Shown here: piece by piece, positions 60,043-64,000 of the stretch
Layout: each line of letters begins with the position of its first letter
Numbering within the stretch: the first letter of the stretch is position 1
Source of the DNA: Chloroflexota bacterium
GTDB lineage: Bacteria; Chloroflexota; Anaerolineae; UBA7937; B3-Chlor
DNA: 64,000 nucleotides
Reading direction: 5' to 3'
NCBI GenBank assembly: GCA_030603665.1
Contig: JAUVXJ010000013.1
Span: 23,910-87,909 of the forward strand
Made by a program: the position numbers and the translations under genes
The notes under the pieces: generated by a model
What the model saw: the letters and a program-made list of their open reading frames with translations, nothing else
What the model was told of the DNA's origin: nothing
The model's database searches: none

Positions 60043-60074
60043 CGTTGTCTACCTCAGCCGCTCACTCATGCCAC

Positions 60075-60103
60075 ATTATAGCACAAAGCCATCCGCTTGG
60101 CAA
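60075..60103 (-). promoter_or_regulatory. pheST promoter
   Basis: TTGCCA-17 nt-TATAAT with extended TG. Confidence 0.8.
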
Positions 60104-60767
60104 GGGCACGAACGCAGCTTGTGCGGCTACCCATGCTACGAACACCGCTGGTATTGATCCGTTTGAAACTGCTGCCGCATCGACCTGAAAACCCCAGAGT
60201 GGTCCCACCTGTTGGCGGGTTCGCGCCACTCCTCACCTGCTGCATTCATGGCTCTGCGAACGAACTCGCGATTGCCTAGGTCCGTCAACTGCACTATAAT
60301 CCTTGTGTGTCTTCGTGATATGGAATAGGCAGCACCGGCCGAGGACGACGGTCGCTCGTTCGGCGAGAGCAGAGCCCGGTGGAGTGGGTGGCGCGGCTGT
60401 GGGACCCTCACATCCGGAGATAGCTCCGACCAGGACCATGTGTGGGCATTCTCAGGTCCTTGAAGCAGGCAGGGCTTGCGTGATCTTCCTCCACAGGAGG
60501 ACAAACACTTGCACGGTGGCCTCTGGACACTTCCTTGCGCAGACCGCGGAGCCAACATGACTTCAACCACGCTCCGCCGGACTCCAGCCTGCCGAAAGCG
60601 CGCATTCGTCCCCCACCGCATTCCCTCCTTGATCCTATCTAGCGTAGGCGGAGCACTGTCGGAGGCTCCTTACAGACGAGATGCGGACACCGGCGAGGCA
60701 ATCCAGGCCGGCCTGGAGATCCTCTCGCCTGTGATCTGCAATACTACACACGGAGGTGAAACGCTCT

Positions 60768-61682
60768 ATGAAAGTTCAGTACCGCCCGGCAGATGACGGG
60801 GACCTCCACCCAGCCCACACGGCCTTGGTGGACTCCCTCAACCAGTTCGCGGCCCAGAGAGCCATGCCGCTGGTCGAACTCGACTTCGAGGAGAACCTCC
60901 CACTGTGGCGGCATCTTCTCGGCGCCGGAGGCAAGGGCTTCCTGGTAGCAGAGGTGAAGAAGAACATCGCTGGCTTCTGCTGCTACATCGTGAGAGATGG
61001 CCTCTGGTTTCTCTCCTACCTGGCTGTGGCACCAGAGTTCCAGGGCACAGGCATCGGCAGGGAACTCTTCGACAGAGCACTCTCTGAGGCCCAAGGCAAC
61101 CAGACGGCCAAGGTGGTAGCAGCGTACACCAACGCCTCCAATTGGCCCTCTATTTCCCTGTACACTCGCAACGGTATCTACCCCCGCATGCCCGTCCTCA
61201 AGCTAGAGGGCAGCATCACCAATCTGTGTGAGCCCCCAGAGCCAGTCGATCCCATGCCAGGGGAGGTGGCGTCCCTCGACGAGGAGACGATAGCTCTTAT
61301 CGACGACATAGACCTCGAAATCAGACACTTCAAGCGAGATATCGATCACCGCTTTTGGCTGGGCGCTCGCAGCATGCGGTGCTACCTCTTCAAGAAGAAC
61401 GGCGGTACGACCGGGTACGCCTACGTGGCCGACGACGGCACCATCGGACCCCTGGCCGCCTTGAGCACAGACGATATCGCCGCCATGCTCTGCTTCTGTC
61501 TAGACCGCCTCTCCTCCCAGGGCGTGGACATGTTCGCCGTGCATGTGCCTGGTGAAAACAGGGCGGCTCTCTCACTGCTCTACGACAGAGGGTTCAAGAT
61601 ACAGGACCTCAGCTTAGTGATGTCCTCACTCCCATTCTGCAAGTGGGAGAACTACGTCATCTCCAGACCCTCTCTGCTGTAG
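60768..61682 (+). CDS. GNAT family acetyltransferase (two-domain)
   Basis: LAVAPEFQGTGIGREL, SLYTRNG, IGPLAA; alternative start GTG 60756. Confidence 0.85.
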   Translation: MKVQYRPADDGDLHPAHTALVDSLNQFAAQRAMPLVELDFEENLPLWRHLLGAGGKGFLVAEVKKNIAGFCCYIVRDGLWFLSYLAVAPEFQGTGIGRELFDRALSEAQGNQTAKVVAAYTNASNWPSISLYTRNGIYPRMPVLKLEGSITNLCEPPEPVDPMPGEVASLDEETIALIDDIDLEIRHFKRDIDHRFWLGARSMRCYLFKKNGGTTGYAYVADDGTIGPLAALSTDDIAAMLCFCLDRLSSQGVDMFAVHVPGENRAALSLLYDRGFKIQDLSLVMSSLPFCKWENYVISRPSLL

Positions 61683-61718
61683 GACGGCGGTAGGGTTCGA
61701 CAAGCGGAGCCATAGCCT

Positions 61719-62504
61719 ATGTCTCAGAGAAGTAAGTTGCTCGTCGTGGATGACGAGCCAGGCGTGCGTACCTCCCTCGAGGGCATCCTGGAGCAGGAAG
61801 GACATCAGGTGACTACGGCAGCCAGCGGGGAAGAGGCGCTGGCTGCCATGGACAGGGACGTCTTCGATCTGATCCTGGTAGATCTCAAGATGCCGGGTAT
61901 GGATGGCCTGGAGGTGATGGCCGCGGCCAAGGGCATAATGCCCGACACCGTGGTCATCATACTGACCGCATATGGCACCGTCGACTCGGCGATAGACGCG
62001 CTACGCCAAGGGGCGCACGACTACCTCCTCAAGCCCTGCAGTGTCCAGGAAATCGTCGGCAGTGTGGAGATGGGGCTGGCGAAGCACCGGCAAACCCTGC
62101 GCCGTCGCGAACTGGTGAGCAGCATCGAACAGAGCGTGCGCCAGTTGGAGGCCTCGACCGTAGCGCCTAAACAACAAGAAGAAGAACCGTCCCTCCCTCG
62201 CTTCGTCAGAACGAGGCTTCTCCTTCTGGACCGAGAGAAGCAGATCGTGGTTGCCAAAGGCGAGCCCTTGAGCCTGACCCCCACAGAGTTCAGGCTGCTC
62301 GCCTGCCTCATGGACAACATGAACCGTACGCTTAGTTACAAAGGGCTGGCCCGCGCGGTGCTCCACTATGAGTGTTCGGACCTGGAGGCTCGACGCGCGC
62401 TCAAGACCCACCTCTGGCGGCTGCGCAAGAAACTGAGATCCGCAGCCGGAGATGACTCCTGGATCGTCAACACACGAGGCAAAGGGTATATGTTCAAGCC
62501 ATAG
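61719..62504 (+). CDS. OmpR-family response regulator
   Basis: LVVDDE, DLKMPGMDG, DYLLKP, LTPTEFRLL, NTRGKGY. Confidence 0.92.
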   Translation: MSQRSKLLVVDDEPGVRTSLEGILEQEGHQVTTAASGEEALAAMDRDVFDLILVDLKMPGMDGLEVMAAAKGIMPDTVVIILTAYGTVDSAIDALRQGAHDYLLKPCSVQEIVGSVEMGLAKHRQTLRRRELVSSIEQSVRQLEASTVAPKQQEEEPSLPRFVRTRLLLLDREKQIVVAKGEPLSLTPTEFRLLACLMDNMNRTLSYKGLARAVLHYECSDLEARRALKTHLWRLRKKLRSAAGDDSWIVNTRGKGYMFKP

Positions 62505-62618
62505 GAGAGGTCACTGAATCGGAACTGAATCGTGACCATTCTGGAACTGATGCGCCCCGGGGCGTGTGGTATACTGAAAGCAGACCCGGTATCTGCGCAA
62601 CTAGGGAATGTATGAGAG

Positions 62619-63665
62619 ATGGCTGTGAACAAGCGTGTTCTTATCGTTGATGACGAAGAGAAGGTGGTCTTCTTCCTGCGCGAGAGCCTGGAGGAGTTGG
62701 GGCAGGACTGCACCATAGGCACCGCCAGGTCAGCCGAAGAGGCACTGGAGAAGATCGATACCCATCCATACGACCTGGTCATCAGTGACCTCCGTATGCC
62801 CGGGCTCGACGGACTACAGTTGCTGGAGAGGGTCAAGGAGAAGCACCCCAACACCCGTTTCATCCTGATGACGGCTTATGGCTCCGACGAGGTGGAGACG
62901 CAGGCCCACAGTCTCCAGGTGTACGACTACATCACCAAGCCATTCCACGTATCAGATCTCCTCAGGGTCGCCCGCCACGCGCTTACGGAGATGGCTGCCG
63001 ACGCGGACAACGATGCCGCTCTCCCTGATGAGCAGATGGAGGCCATCAACAGGCCCTTGAGCAACCTGCGCTTCGAAGTGAGTGCCCAGTGTGTGGTTCT
63101 GGCCGATATGAAAGGGCAGGTCGTGTCGGAGGTGGGAATAACACAGGGTCTGGAGACAGGCACCCTCATACCCCTCGTCGCTGATGGACTGACCACCGTC
63201 TCAGGAATGGCCCAGTATCTTCAGGATGAAGAGACATTCAACCTCAACGTCTACGAGGGGAAGAAGTACGACATCTATTCCACCGGCGTCAGCGACAAAC
63301 TCTTCCTGACCCTCGTTTTCGATAGAAGGAAACAACCCAGCCGCATAGGCATGGTCTGGCTATACGTCAAGCGCACCATAGAGGAGCTACTGCGGACGCT
63401 ATACGGGGAGGAGCCCGAAGACGTAGATAGCCAGCTAGAATCCGCGGAGGAAAGCTCTCCCTCGGAGATCGTGCCAGAAAGCCCAGAGGTTGACGTAGAG
63501 GCAGAACCAACGATCTCAGCCATGACCCAGCTGGACGAGACGGTACACGAAAACGAAGTCATCGCTGACTCAGACGACAACGACTCGACCTTCGGTGTGG
63601 AGGAAGCACTCAGGAAGGGGCTGATCGATGAGGACTTCGCTCAGTTGCTGAAGCGAGAGGGCTGA
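62619..63665 (+). CDS. Response regulator fused to a roadblock/LC7 (MglB-like) domain
   Basis: REC motifs IVDDE, DLRMP, TAY, KPF; then AQCVVLADMKGQ...EGKKYDIY...LVFD...IGMVWLY; acidic tail. Confidence 0.85.
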   Translation: MAVNKRVLIVDDEEKVVFFLRESLEELGQDCTIGTARSAEEALEKIDTHPYDLVISDLRMPGLDGLQLLERVKEKHPNTRFILMTAYGSDEVETQAHSLQVYDYITKPFHVSDLLRVARHALTEMAADADNDAALPDEQMEAINRPLSNLRFEVSAQCVVLADMKGQVVSEVGITQGLETGTLIPLVADGLTTVSGMAQYLQDEETFNLNVYEGKKYDIYSTGVSDKLFLTLVFDRRKQPSRIGMVWLYVKRTIEELLRTLYGEEPEDVDSQLESAEESSPSEIVPESPEVDVEAEPTISAMTQLDETVHENEVIADSDDNDSTFGVEEALRKGLIDEDFAQLLKREG

Positions 63666-63919
63666 GGAAGGCTACAGGGAATCGAGCCGCGCATAGTGGG
63701 CCACCGCGATGGAATGGTGGCCCTTTCCTGTGTTGACTCAAAGTCTCGACCCCTGCCTGAGACGAGTCGAGATCTGCTCAGCTACTGCTCAGCCCCTCTC
63801 TTGCCGCCTCTGTGGCCGATTCACACTCCGCGAGGGATGCCCGCCCCACAGCAAGTGTGTTATACTGTATGCAACTATCGAGACACGCACCGTGCACCAG
63901 GACTGTGGAGGATGATGGT

Positions 63920-64000
63920 ATGGGAGAGATCCGTGTGTCCACCAAGAGCCGTACAGAGCTCGTTGACATCACCAGCCAGGTACAGGACGCGGTGAGGGAG
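63920..64000 (+). CDS. yjbQ: YjbQ (secondary thiamine-phosphate synthase) family, 5' end only
   Basis: RBS GGAGG; MGEIRVSTKSRTELVDITSQVQDAVRE runs off the window. Confidence 0.7.
   Translation, partial: MGEIRVSTKSRTELVDITSQVQDAVRE

Noticed and set aside
60030..60050. T-box motif (GGTGGCTCGCG) in the pheS leader
   Set aside because: It lacks the GGTGGNACC core and lies only ~30 nt from the predicted TSS, leaving no room for stem I.

Overview
GC-rich (~60%) bacterial DNA whose gene repertoire points to Chloroflexota, probably Anaerolineae (inference from LPL-type C-termini, a REC-roadblock regulator, an S51-CysS fusion and a GAAC-N4-GTTC SOS box). The left 15.3 kb is accessory. It holds two copies of a module made of a ~250-bp conserved non-coding element fused to the 3' part of comM/yifB, starting just before the Walker A motif (552-1685 and 14135-15263). 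The two copies bracket a 13,578-bp unit with no recognisable integrase. That unit carries a RelE-like gene, an SBBP surface protein, a secreted TPR-CHAT protease operon and a three-gene HicA/HicB-like module; a Panacea antitoxin gene sits at the equivalent position of the previous unit. The comM halves differ almost only at synonymous sites. The best model is a tandem array of gene-restoring cassettes accumulating in comM. The rest is mostly core-like: mrfAB with a LexA box, a non-pyrrolysine MtmB/corrinoid/homocysteine-methyltransferase cluster, an ABC transporter, pheS-pheT with an apparent Phe leader-peptide attenuator, and two response regulators. Several recently broken genes are scattered through the window. 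No rRNA, tRNA or CRISPR array was seen. All family calls are by motif recognition, not database search.
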